A DNA stretch of 64,000 nucleotides, taken from Perna viridis. Lineage: Eukaryota. The DNA is taken from NCBI GenBank assembly GCA_037379345.1, contig CM074516.1, forward strand, positions 42,383,626 through 42,447,625, read 5' to 3'. The notes under the pieces are model-generated. The model made no database searches, was not told the DNA's origin, and saw nothing but the letters and a program-made list of their open reading frames with translations. Of this stretch, positions 38,901 to 50,340 are shown piece by piece. The stretch's first letter is position 1. Every line of letters starts with the position of its first letter. A program made the position numbers and the translations under genes.

Positions 38901-41900
38901 TGGAAGAGATGAAGCTGAGTTGATGCAGGAATGGTTTAACCTGGTGTATGAGAAGAATGCTCTGGTCAGATATGAATCTGAACTGATGGTCAAGTATGTT
39001 ATACATCTAAACAACTTCATATTGTCAGTTTATTACTATTGTCATGATTTAATGGGGCAGTTAAATAAAAAAAAGGGTTTAAATGTGTATTTTCAGATAA
39101 GATTCATGAATTTTTTAACCCCATGAACCTAAAATATTTCAGAACCACAAAGAAAAAGAACTCCTTTGAAATAGTATTAAAAGTGGTTGCTGTTGTTTTG
39201 TTTTATTTGGTGGTTATTTTTAAAATAACAAATTTAACATTATCAAGGTAGGATATGTTTCTCACTGGATTATAACTGCTTTTGTGGAAAGCTTAAGCTT
39301 TTCAAATGTTTAAGACAAATATAATCATTTTTTACTTTGTATAAGGAACCTAACATTGTATGAGCTAAAGTAGGTGTTTGTGTAATATATATTTAAATTC
39401 AGTAAAATTTGTACCATCTTGATTAATTGTAGTGCACAGTACATGGAATTAGAAGACCGCCATGGTAGACTGGAACAAGAACTAAGGGAAAGAATGGCTA
39501 TAAATAGTAAGTTTTTATTTGATATAAAAACTTGTATTTGTGCATGTCCTGAGAATGGATGAATAAAATGAAAAGCTTAACTGTGAAATGTTCTATATGA
39601 TTCTCTCAGTATGTTCAGTATGACTACACTGCTTGTTGACTGAATTTTTTTTTTTTTTTTAAGTTTTTAGAAATTGCATCTTGTGCATGAAGAACTAACA
39701 TTTTGAAGATTTCATCTCCAAAAACTTGATAGAGATCTTTATGTGCACAAAGCATAAAAAGTATTTTCTGTTCCACAATTTAGTATTTTTCTTTCAATTA
39801 TTTGTCCTTTGAAACTGATAAAACCAATTATATATATATTATAGGTATTTTGAGATTACAAGTACAGGACTGTCCTTTGTCTGAAATGTTTAGAAAATGT
39901 GCCATATATGGTAATGTTTCCCACACTATCACTTCTAAGGTCAAGGTTATTTTGGGTAGTTGGTTTGTGTATGGGTTTCTTGTTACTTGTGGTACTTTGG
40001 ATTTTTATACACTTTTCACAATTTTTAGGATATTGACTTAAATAATAAGTTCCTTTAATTCCATGTATCATTAGTATTTTTCTTGTAGGTTAAAATAATC
40101 AGGTGTCATGTTTAGGTCTACTTTAAAACAGAGTAAATAAATAATATCAGTCAATATTGTGTGGGAAATGTCCATTTTTGGCACATAATGGTTCCTTCTT
40201 ACTTGATAATAAATAAGAGTAACTTCAATTTTGTTTTAGTTAAATTGCTTCTGAGAGGTACATTATACACCTGCCATTGTGTTTATGTGTGGTGATATTT
40301 CACCATTGTGTCTGTTCACATCCATATATATACTTGTAATGTTTGTCACACAGTGACTGAATCCTTTCACTTTTAAAAATAAAAAAAAATGACAAACTAA
40401 TTTAACTTATTATTTCCCAGTTTAAGGGACAAAGTTAGATAATCTTTAAAATGATGGCAAAAAATTAAAATAAGTAAAATGTTTATAAATACATAATGAA
40501 ATATTGCAAGATTTATTTTTTTCAACATGAAGTAATAGCACAATCTGATCTACTTGGCCATTTTTGCTACACTAAAAATATAACTTTGGATGCTGAAAGG
40601 AGAATTTCATCTTGAAAAATTGTCTAGACCTATAGTGATATGCGTATCCACCATGTGGTGCTTAAACTTTATTAAAATATCACTAGAAGTAAAGTAAAAT
40701 AACTCTACCAAGAATTTTGACAGGAAGTTAGGAGCTGAGAAAAAAAGTAATGGTAAAAAAATCAACCAGTTTAACTAAAATTTTTGAATTGGATTGGACA
40801 AATTTGTGACAAATTCTAAAGCTTCTCTTTTGTGTAATGAGAAATGTTGAGTAGTTTCAGATTAGTAATAGCATTTTCATTTACAGTGTTAGTAAAGAAA
40901 GGGTTCAGTCCTTATGCATTTCTATGTCTGGTTCTAGGATATCAGTTCAGTTCAGTGTTTGATGAGTTTATGGTAAACACATTGTTTGAAGTGTTTGCAC
41001 ACAATCATCTTAAAGTTTTGACAGCCATTAAAGCTTGCTAGGCTGGCATGGGTTACCTCCCTTATGTCATTTCCTGTACCATTTTGTATGTTTGTGGTGC
41101 AGTAGTGTCTTGTTATAGTCATGCAGAATCTTTGTACACAGTCATATGCTGTCACAAAGTGTTATAGTAATTTATAAATAAATGATCAGCACTTTACTCT
41201 CATAATGTTACCATTCAACACATATGTACTTGAGAAAAACATTTCTATAGAAAACAGTTGATGATATACATGTACAATAATTTTGTGCCATAGAAACAGG
41301 ACGTAGAAGTAACAGGTTCTCCACCAGTGAAATATCTGAGGTTTATTTTCCTAAGAAGTGTGAGTTCTTCACTTCCTGCTTTGCTCAGAATATCTCTCCA
41401 TATTCACCAGATTATCTTTTCATAACAATCATACCTACTTCCTTTATCCTCAAGTTTTGTGGGTTTGGTTCCTGAGTTTTATGGATTCACCAGCATATGA
41501 GTTTACTACACATGTATAGTGTGAAAAAAAAATATATGTACTAGTTTGTTTTTAATCTTGACATCACCTCTTGAATTTCTGTTTTGATAATTACTAAGAG
41601 AATGATGAACTTAAGCTGTAACTTGAAGAATAAAAAGATGGGTTTAGTTTACGTAACAGCAAAATTTAAATACAAGTAAAATTTTAAGAATATTAACCAT
41701 TACCCATCATACTTGCTCATCTTGGTGTGGCTGATATCTTTTTTTTTTTGCTTTGTACAAAAGATTTTTTAATAGGTAGTGGTAGTACACCATATTGAAA
41801 TTCTCTTTTTATGTGTTGATTCTTTGCTGCTTTAAAATCAATTTATCTTTGCATTGACTTCAGTATAATACATATACAAGTAGGTATAACATCAGTTTCT

Positions 41901-44581
41901 CACATAATGCATACTATTTTCTGTACATGTGTTTCTATAGTAGATGCTTGTATATAACAGTACTTTGGAGTCAATTTCTGAATTAACTACAATATCTCAG
42001 GTCATCCTTAAAACATTTTCAAATTCCATTATATTGTACAGATTTCTAAAAATAAATGATTTTAGTAAGATTTAGGGGTACCTATAAAATGTTAAATGTG
42101 ATTTTTTTCACACTATATGTGGTCCCTTAGTTCCATATGAATTAGAACTATCATTGCCATGGGACAAATTGCATTTTGTAAGTCCAATAGTAAAACTATT
42201 ATGTCTATTGATAAACTCTTCAGAGTAAGAATTAAAGACTTTGTAATGTTGACATGTATTTTACATTAACATGTTAGAGTATATACAGTTTAGTTCAGTA
42301 TTATTTTGTTTACAATATATTTTCATTATTTAGTAATTGCTTAGTTTCAGAGAAAGTCAAGAAAAAGATAAAAAATTAAATTTATATCTTGAATCTGATT
42401 AATTATTTAACATCTTTACTTTTTTTGATTTTTTTTTTTATTAAAACTTGGCTTGATCTGGTGGTAGAAATTTTAATTTATTTTTGCCTGTGCATGATTT
42501 TATTGCTAACCTGTTGATTTACAGATGAACAAAAGACTCCTGAACAGGCAGCGGAGGAAAAACGTATCCTTGATGAGCTGCTAGAAGTTGTTGAGGAGAA
42601 AAATAATCTTGTTAAAATGATAGAGGAAGACCGTGTCAGGTATTCAGTGGCTTCATATGGAAACCTAATCAGAATTTATTGTATATGTATTATTTGTATA
42701 CATAATGCTGTATCTTTACCCAAACTCTTTTAAGGGTTATACATTTATCCTGTCTACCTTGTCTCAAGAGAGAATTTTGACATTTCTTTTTTTCAGCCCC
42801 TATGAAAAATCATCAACTACATGTTTCTTGATATTTGGTACAATGTTTTGATGTGGTAAGTTGCTATACTGCAACTTTATTGTCCCCCACCACAATGCAA
42901 TGGAGGGCCCTAGTAATGGTCTATCTATCTGTCTGTCCACCACACTTGTCTTCTGGGCACATTTCCTCTGAAACTGCTTGAAGAATTTATTTCAAATTTT
43001 ATCAGATTGTTTGGCACCAAACCTAATAGATTGTATTTCTCCACCATTTTAATTCAGCAGTTATGGTCTTCCTGCTTTGACCACTACTGTGACACTTTGG
43101 AGTTTGTGAATGCAACTCCTCTGACACTCCTGGGTGGATTTTGTTAAAATTTTGTAGGAATGTTAGGCACACTACATTAGTTAGGTGACTTGGATCATTT
43201 TTGCATTGAACATGAAAGTGACATTTGGTTGACGCAAATCTTCTGATGCCTCTGAAGGATTTTGCACAATAGGTAGTTGATCATAATGCACCATAACTTT
43301 GATTTGGCAAATTTTACAGGATTTATGGGATATGAAACTTTTTCTTGCCTTGAGCACTGACACTTCGTGGACACAGTGTTTCTGATACCTTTGAAAGAAT
43401 TTTGTTCAAATTTTGTAGGATTTTTAGGCACAATATATAGTTGCTCATACTGCACCATCATTTAGATTTGACAAATTTTGTGGGAGTTATGGGACTTTAT
43501 CATTTCCTACATTGAACAGTGAAATATAACTGTGTACCCACCTCATCTGAAACCACTGGATGGATCTTGTTCTGAATGTTGTCTTTGTGGACATATTGTT
43601 TCTTTGACCATAGAGATAATTCCTAGTTTAGTTGTAAATACATATATATTGTTGAAGTGGTAAATCTCCAAATAACATAGTGATTTCAGTGATGTGCATA
43701 TTTGTATTTCTAATGGGCCTTCAAATTTTGCTGTGGCTGAGAACATTTGGCTACGTGCAGCAATCATGTGTTACTTTATTACCGTATAGTTATCCCCTGA
43801 ACAACTGAGAACTTGTTATACTATTGTAAAACTATTGTACCATTCAGTCTTTCTGTTCTTTTGTACAATCCTTGTAAACACTAATATAAATAGCTTTCAA
43901 TAGATTTGACAACTTGGCTCATACTTAATAATTGGCACTCTTGATTTTCAAGTACAAGATCATAGTGGGACTCAAATATTCCATTAAGATGGCATGCTAC
44001 AAACTTTGTTATTATTATAACTGAAACTTTTTATGGTTTTTTGAAAAAAGGGGTGAGATTTTTCATATTGGATTAAATAATATTTAAGTACCGGTATTTT
44101 ATTGAATGATTAATAGTTTTGCATGATTCATACCTCATTCCTTGATCCTACCCCATTCCTTGAGGATAACTTTGATTGTTTCTATACAGTGCATGTTTTG
44201 TAATAGTTGTTAAAGTGGTTTTACATACTTTTTCATAATTCCAGTATCTGAAACTGTTGTGGTAATTTTTTTTTTGCAATTGTTCAAGAAGACCAGCATT
44301 ATTTTTTCAAATATTTATGTAACTATTAAAATAACAAGATTCAATGAAATGTTAATTAGAAGCTATGTTTACCTATATCAATAATTGCATTTTTTGGCAT
44401 GTAAATACTTTATTTATGAATAAAAAACTTTCATATTAATAAATATGATATGTCTATTTTCAGGGAGCGTGAAGAAGACAGGGACCTTATGAACATGATG
44501 CGTGCCAAAGGCTTCGACTTGGAGCCCATTGATCATTGTCGTCATTTAAAGAACTCATCAGGATTCCCATTATCATGTTAA
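14549..44581 (+). CDS. MICAL: MICAL family [F-actin]-monooxygenase (MICAL3/Drosophila Mical-like), 27 coding exons, about 2286 aa
   Basis: Exons (all GT-AG, phases consistent, total 6861 nt): 14549-14803, 15312-15519, 16464-16577, 18027-18128, 18859-19115, 19496-19753, 20309-20514, 20867-20985, 21674-21830, 22091-22287, 23360-23478, 24170-24238, 24652-24864, 25679-25871, 26335-26429, 26743-26821, 27347-27548, 27879-27920, 31266-31468, 32090-32370, 32661-35472, 37249-37313, 38000-38210, 38897-38993, 39433-39506, 42525-42639, 44464-44581. Diagnostic motifs: [54 protein letters not shown]-terminal coiled coil. An acceptor at 14531-14532 implies an upstream non-coding exon that I could not locate. 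Confidence 0.95.
21674..22287 (+). CDS. MICAL: MICAL calponin-homology domain (exons 21674-21830, 22091-22287)
   Basis: LLRWTQ...[27 protein letters not shown]...[10 protein letters not shown]...LGISPVM...[13 protein letters not shown]. Confidence 0.93.
25679..26429 (+). CDS. MICAL: MICAL LIM domain (exons 25679-25871, 26335-26429)
   Basis: CYFC...[12 protein letters not shown]...KFFCFRH zinc-ligand spacing. Confidence 0.93.
25987..26197. mobile_element. TA-flanked MITE (Tc1/mariner-type non-autonomous)
   Basis: Left end tacagtgaaagaactttaatttgttgatactaattttttgt versus reverse complement of right end tactgtgaaagtactattgtttgtgggacaccaatttttgt. Related decayed pieces at about 25153-25330 and 29763-29895. 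Confidence 0.6.
28342..29717 (+). mobile_element. Full-length Tc1 (DD34E) DNA transposon, 1376 bp, in a MICAL intron
   Basis: TA target duplication at 28340-28341 and 29718-29719. TIRs cagtctcgggtcataagtatttccgca (28342-28368) and tgcagaaatacttttgacccgagactg (29691-29717) are 25/27 identical, with similarity extending to ggccgacgt. Contains a single intact ORF. Confidence 0.97.
28554..29597 (+). CDS. Tc1-family transposase, 347 aa, uninterrupted
   Basis: N-terminal HTH, GRPR linker, IIFSDET (D1), [11 protein letters not shown] (D2), [15 protein letters not shown] (E). 34 residues separate D2 and E. Confidence 0.96.
   Translation: MAPRGKEMSVDTKKCIVKLDEDGHSGRKIAQMLGLNPSTVQKFLKRYRIRENEENRTRSGRPRKCDTRTDRQLLRIVKTERRKNLKDVTNLLNERTPVKISESTVKRRLKFYGFKKRVVKKKIVISDGNRFKRRAWCRSKLHMTVNKYWKNIIFSDETQICIGKHSKVHIWRRDDEKWFNSCLGEKGDDTAGPVVSVMFWGCVTFDGVGTFVPVNGTINSQKYTDILDEHLWPVVAKTFPTGRWIFQDDNATPHRSRHTIRWKADNDIEGMVWPAQSPDINIIENVWRYIKIRLQKVVHRIKTKEDLIRESKRVWMDIEPVYIRTLYNSIPTRIRRVLRANGAITKY
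32661..35472 (+). CDS. MICAL: MICAL giant internal exon (2812 nt), acidic then Ser/Lys-rich low-complexity region
   Basis: Acceptor ttttgtag ending at 32660, donor gtatgt at 35473. In frame with ORF 32715-35534 and phase-compatible with the flanking exons. Confidence 0.9.
35534..36064. repeat. Diverged two-copy tandem duplication (about 270 bp units) just inside a MICAL intron
   Basis: agtaggtcattaatttgcaactgga starts at 35534 and 35803. Shared blocks include tacaataaaagct and gaaactgcaccatatt. Confidence 0.85.
38000..44581 (+). CDS. MICAL: MICAL C-terminal bMERB / Rab-binding coiled-coil region (exons 38000-38210, 38897-38993, 39433-39506, 42525-42639, 44464-44581)
   Basis: [97 protein letters not shown]. 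Stop TAA at 44579-44581. Confidence 0.92.
38181..38291. repeat. 57-bp tandem duplication spanning a MICAL exon end and 5' splice site
   Basis: tggagaaagcattgaggggagaaggtgatg|gtatgtatacttaaggagggagaa is followed by tggaggaagcattgaggaaagaaggtgatg|gtatatacacttgaggagggagaa. Confidence 0.9.
42878..43780 (+). mobile_element. Decayed Helentron-associated (HINE/pearl-like) element with internal tandem subrepeats
   Basis: Short 5' stem and tctatctgtctgtcc microsatellite, followed by recurring ctc(c)tctga(a)act...gatttt...aaattttgtagg blocks (about 42965, 43117, 43380, 43545). The architecture is typical of bivalve HINEs; the family assignment is inference. Confidence 0.45.
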
Positions 44582-45793
44582 CAGTAGACATTCACTTGTG
44601 ACACGTTAATAAAACTGCATGACTTCAGAGGAGATCACACAGTACTGTCTGCAGAAGCTGTCTACAGAAGCTACCTTAAAAGATGACTGTAATGATGTTT
44701 AAAGTTATGCCACAATCTAGCTACATTCTACCCGGACAGACTCATAATAAGTGGATAGAAACTCTAGATTTTAAGTGCCCTCTGATTTCTTGTTGATAGT
44801 TTTAAGTCACAAATCCATGCAGTTGCTTTAAATTGTCTTAGGTCATTGTGTCAGTGCATTAGAACAATTAGTTATGATATTAACTGGGAAGAATCTCATA
44901 GATCTTAGTGTTTTTTTTACTGTAATCAGAATTTGAAAATGACTAATGGTTTGAATTCAGGTTAAGTAGGAGTGTATATAACCATTAGTAGCATCAATAC
45001 ATAAAATCATCATTTAATGTTTTCTAAAATAGGCTTATTATCTTTGTAACACAGAAAATCAGTGTTAGAGCCTTCTGTGAAGGACTTATGTGCAATGTTT
45101 TCATTGGTGTAAGTATTCATGTACAACATGTGTGTTTGTTTACAATTTTGAGGAGGTGTGTAGTGTGTGAAAATGGAATAACTCTATTGAGTAGAATAGT
45201 AGAGAAATAAGTAGCAGGTTTATTGCTTCATGAGATTTGCTTTGGTAAAAAATACCTCTGGTATGCAGATATTGAACAGCAGTTTTCCTGGTAAAGTTAC
45301 ATTAAAATTGTCATTGTAGAGTTAATAAACATTATATTCTGTAATCAGTAAAAAGGAAGGTTTTTGTTATTTTGTTCTTTGTATGTTATAAAATATTGAG
45401 AGATAGTAATAGATGCCCAACTGTTTGTGGTTTTTTTAAAGTATTAATACACTGTAAGTGATTAAAGGTAAAATAGAAGTACATTGTCATGTATTAACAA
45501 TCCTATGTTGAGTAGATTGGATTAACATGTAATTTAGTTCACATATCACATTTCTATGGTTAGTGATCAGAATTTACAACTGTCATTTTATGACAGGGTC
45601 ACCTTTGGGTTGTGGAAAATATCTATAAAAATTATATTTGCTTTAGAGAATTAAGCATGTTTTTGTTTGTTCACTGCCAAAAAGAGATACTTTCCTTTTG
45701 GGTTTTCTTTATTTGTTTACCAGGTAAATCTATGTGTTCAAGAATAGGAGAACTCTGAATATACACATTCTTATGATCAGTTTCATTAAGACA

Positions 45794-46029
45794 TATTGTA
45801 AACGTTAAAATTTTCAAGAGGTGATTTTTTTTCATGTTTTAGAAGGTCAAACCTTTTGTTTGGGGGAAATTTTTGCAGCACAATCTTGCTGTCTGGGTCT
45901 TCTGTCACATCTCATAATTCCAATATCAACACCAAACTATTCAGAGGGGGTTATTTTCACAGATTTTTTCTCAGCACAGATGTAGGGAAGATAACCCTTC
46001 CCCACGTAAAAATTTTCACCTTTTCAGTA
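45794..46029. mobile_element. Decayed TA-flanked MITE in the presumed MICAL 3' UTR
   Basis: Left tattgtaaacgttaaaattttc and right aaaattttcaccttttcagta form imperfect TIRs. Confidence 0.45.
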
Positions 46030-46584
46030 CTGTCATTTTAACAATTCTTATAAGTGTACAACTATGTTTTAAATTTTATGGAGAAAACTTGTCTGTTACT
46101 GAGTTATTTATAAACTATTTATTGTATATCTCCATTATTTTGTTATTGTCATTAAGTTTCATTTTTATTAAGAATCTAAAATACATTATGCAGTAAAGAG
46201 TTATACAGAGACATTTGTGCTATGTTGCACCACATAGTTTTGCAGATTTTAATTCATTTTAATTCAGTTAATTGAGATTTTGATGTATCTAGGGTAAGAT
46301 TTTTTTTCTATAGCATTTGTTTCAATAGTCTTTTTCTTTCATTCAGTTCTGATTCTGTTTCTTCAAAGTATTGAACTGTAATGTTCCACTTGCATTTAGG
46401 CAGTAATATATTCTTAGACAGGGAACCAGTAAAACAATGAGCATATAATGCTGTATGGGTGTGCTACGATTTATTTATTTTTGCATCGTAGGTTTAATTT
46501 GACCTATATGTCTAGTCACATTTTGGTTGTACAGCGCTTGCGTATTTATTTTGTATATAGCTATCAGGGTTGTGAAAAATGACC

Positions 46585-46590
46585 ATTAAA
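46585..46590 (+). terminator. Candidate distal MICAL polyadenylation signal (ATTAAA); proximal AATAAA at 44608 and 45324
   Basis: Motif match only, at the end of a U-rich UTR-like stretch. No transcript data. Confidence 0.3.
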
Positions 46591-47029
46591 CATGAAAGAA
46601 ATAGTTGACTTAGTTTTTAACTCATTTGAAGGATATTGTAATTCCTCTGTTTACTTATCACTTATTCTGTCACACCTCTGTGAACGGTAGATCAACATCC
46701 AATTGATTTTGGAAAAAAACTTGCTTTGACTCTAGCTGATTCTGGAAGCCTTTTGATTTTCAAGGTTACGGAGAGGAGATACTGTGCCCTTGATATTGAA
46801 AAAAAAACTTGCTCATTTAATTCAATTAATACAGGAGATTAAATGCAATGAAATACAATATCATTATTTCAGATACTTCAAAACAGATATAAATATCATT
46901 AGAAGATCAATTTATACTGTATATATTGTACAGGGATGGTCAATCAGATACATGTAGATTCACAGGAAGTTACAAATGTCATAAGATGTATCAGCATCCA
47001 CTGTTCTCTTGTACACAATACACCACATT

Positions 47030-48150
47030 AGTAGGAGAAAGTTTGTCCCTTAGCTAATCTTGGTCAACAGTTTGTATTTGGTTCTTTTTCCAATAGAAAT
47101 TGTGTACAGCTCTTCCCTGCCACAACTTTTCAATAACAGACACTGATATTTGTGCGATTACATGAATATTGTTTGATCTTTAAAGTTTCCATAGCATTAA
47201 AGAAGGTTGGGATTGATTTTTGAAGTTATGGCCCAACTGTTTTTGAATTAAGGGCCAAAATCAATCATTTCATAGAATTTAACTATATAACTCTGGTAAA
47301 AGCAAATGGATGTCTAGAATCAAGAACTTTCTATACCGGAGTTGATTTTTGGGGGTTAATACTTGAACAATCAAGTAATGGGGGCGAGATCGCCTGGTAT
47401 CAAGTTCAAGGGAATGGGGTTCAGAACAACAAGGGAAACAAGCATTTTTATGGTGTCTGGACAACTTGACTACTAGTATAAGTGAAAAGATTCTAAAAGC
47501 AATTGTACCTCAGAATGCCAGACTGGGATTGATTTTGGGGTCAAAAAGAGGCCATTAGTTCCTGTATCAAATCACAATAAAAATCTGACAGCCATATGAA
47601 GCTTTTATACTGTATCCATGCTTGCCCAAAATGCTCAAGGATTATTAATGAACTAAAGAAATCATTAAAAAACATTTGCAGTTGTATAATGATATGACTC
47701 TTGCATCATCAGACATCTGCATTGTCGTCCTCGTTAGGCATCATCAAAAATGTCATTCACTAGTATGATAATTAATGTATTAGTGTATAGATCTCAATAA
47801 AATTATACCACAAGGTACCATTCAGCAATAAGGAAGCTGGGATTGATTTTGCTGTTCAGGACTTGAACTGTTAGGAATTACTAGATTTTTCCTGTAATCC
47901 AGACTAACTTGAACAAATTGTTTGAGTATTAAATGTCATATGTGGGATTAGTTTTTTGGAATGTAACTTGAACCATTTAGGAATTAAATAAGGGCCAAAA
48001 CAGACACTTTCCTGATGAATATACAATAACGAGTAATAATGTATGGATCTTTTTGAAAACAAATCACAAGTTGCTTATGATTCTTCAAAGCAAGGCTGGG
48101 ATTGAATTTTGGGGATGTAATGCTTTAACTTTTAGGACATTGGAGTAACA
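47030..48150. repeat. Decayed satellite-like/HINE subrepeats
   Basis: Recurring (g)ctgggattgatttt(g)gg and gaattaagggccaaaa blocks at about 47205, 47520, 47835 and 48095. Confidence 0.45.
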
Positions 48151-49344
48151 TTATAAGGTTTCTTTTTCTTATGGATTCAATGAGTTTAATAGGGACTTAC
48201 CATTTTTTTTTAATGTTGTTTTTTTCTACCATGTACAAGGAGAATCAAATAAATGATAACTTCCTGGTAAAAAAAGATCACAAACCATTGGAAATTTACG
48301 GGGGGAAACTGGTCAGCATTAAAAGTTGTCATCAACTATTTATTTCTATATTGTCAAATAGCAAATTTAAAGTCTGTTAACCACTTTCATTCTTAAATAT
48401 CAGAAAAAAAACTTAATTGCCATCCAAATTTGTAGCTGTATCAACTGTTTCCAATAGTGCAGTGTTTGTCCTTTGCATTAATATCAAGCTTTGCCCTGGG
48501 AAGAATTATTGTATAACTTCAGTATCTTTATCTGCAAATTAAAAGATTAGTCCAAAACTTATGGTTGATTTTCAGTCTTTATAAATGGAATGACAAAAGT
48601 GACAATGTATATATGGCTGCATTATGTTTTTTGTATTTTATTCTGAATTCTTATGAACTAAATATATTTCTAACTATACAGCTATCTTATAGACTTGATA
48701 ATGGAACAATCATTTAATTTTGCAATAAAAAGACAGGAAGACAATTCATGGTTTAAAAAATCCAGAATGAACAATTGGGTAAAATAAAAAGGCAGCATGC
48801 AAGTAGTAGATAAAAATCATGATCTAGTTTGAAAACAAATTAAGGACAGGCTAAAGTTAAAATAAAAATTTCAGGTCAGAAATTTTACCAATTAATAATT
48901 CAGGACACAAGATTTGTTCCAGCCCCCATCACCCCCACCCTTTCTAGAACCAAACGGTTGCTCTCTAACCAAAAGAAAAGATTATAAATAATATACTAGA
49001 TTTTGGGGAAGACTTTGCTAAAACATGTTAAAGAGCAGTCATTTGAATACATTTGAACTTGAGGTAAGTAAAGAATTAAAGAGTGCAACGTAGGCCATTT
49101 GAAGGTTATCAAGGTACAAAACTCATTCAAATGTGAAAGATATCCAGGTTAATAGGTTCAAAGGCAAACTATTGCAGGACAATTTCTGTGCAAAAGGTTG
49201 AACTTCGGTTAAATTGTCAAGGTCAGAGTGTACACTAGGTTATTAAGGTATATAATACACCTTCATGGTGTGATATATCTTATTGCCTGAGGGTCAATGT
49301 CAAAGGATAAAATAGAATTTTTGCAAGAGAGTGAGAATACTATA

Positions 49345-49679
49345 AGGCAGCAACCATTTGATGTTCTGAGGTTGGCTATGTTTTTTTTTCTGAGACCAAA
49401 CTTTTTTTTACCTTGAATGAAATTAACTTGTATTTTCCAGGGCCAATAGAAAACAAATAATCTATTCACCATCTATTGAAAACAATTTTTTGTCATCTCA
49501 CTATTGCGTGGCATCTTTCACATTAACAGCATGATTTTTTTAAAACAAACTTTATTTTTCTCTCAAGCGATAAGTCAAACTCATATTTTCCACTTTTCTA
49601 GAAACAGACTTTTTACAAATAAAAATCCATAGCCCTTCCCACCCCACCCCACCCCCAGAAAATCAAATGGTCGCTGCCT
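49345..49679. mobile_element. MITE with 24-bp TIRs upstream of DERA
   Basis: aggcagcaaccatttgatgttctg versus reverse complement of the right end aggcagcgaccatttgattttctg (22/24 identical). Confidence 0.75.
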
Positions 49680-49879
49680 GTTAAATATATTAAATTTATG
49701 TTGCAGTCAAATCACCTGCAATTTTATGATTTACTTGTATGCTGAATTGGCGATTTATTATTCATGACCCTCTGATCTGTGGTTCTTATCCCCATTTTTG
49801 TTGTTAATATGTGGTTCTTATTTCTCATAATAATGTCAGTGATATAAAGTTTTCTAAAAATACAATTTGACTTAAAATA

Positions 49880-50340
49880 GTGAAGGTCGCGGTCAATATT
49901 TTGAATTCAAGGTCACAAACTATTAAAATGAACACTATATCGTAGATTTTCAAACAACATCAATTTAGCGTTTGCAAGACCGAAAAATACAAGCGTCTTA
50001 AAGATTGTAATTGGTAAACATGGCAGACAGAAACCCTGGAATTGACTTCGGTAAAAAATAACTTTACACAACGTTTTCAACATGCATGCGTTAAGTTAGG
50101 CGTGTAGTTTTGAGCTAAACTGAAGCGTATAACGAATTTTCATTTAAGTTGCCACTGTCATTGCGGTTATAAAGCAAGTAAAATGAGTGACCCCAATTCA
50201 TGTCCGTTTTCTAGAGCATGTTTAATGGAATAAATGCTTATGTTGAATATATATGAAGCGGGTGCGACCTGTAACAGTACGTAGTGTCAAACCAGAGTAG
50301 CCAATCAAAAGTTCTATCTCTTTGGTTACGGACAAAAATT
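49880..50340 (+). promoter_or_regulatory. Probable DERA promoter/first-exon region (CpG-retaining island)
   Basis: Visible local excess of CG dinucleotides around the ATG at 50020 compared with the CpG-poor flanks. Confidence 0.45.
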
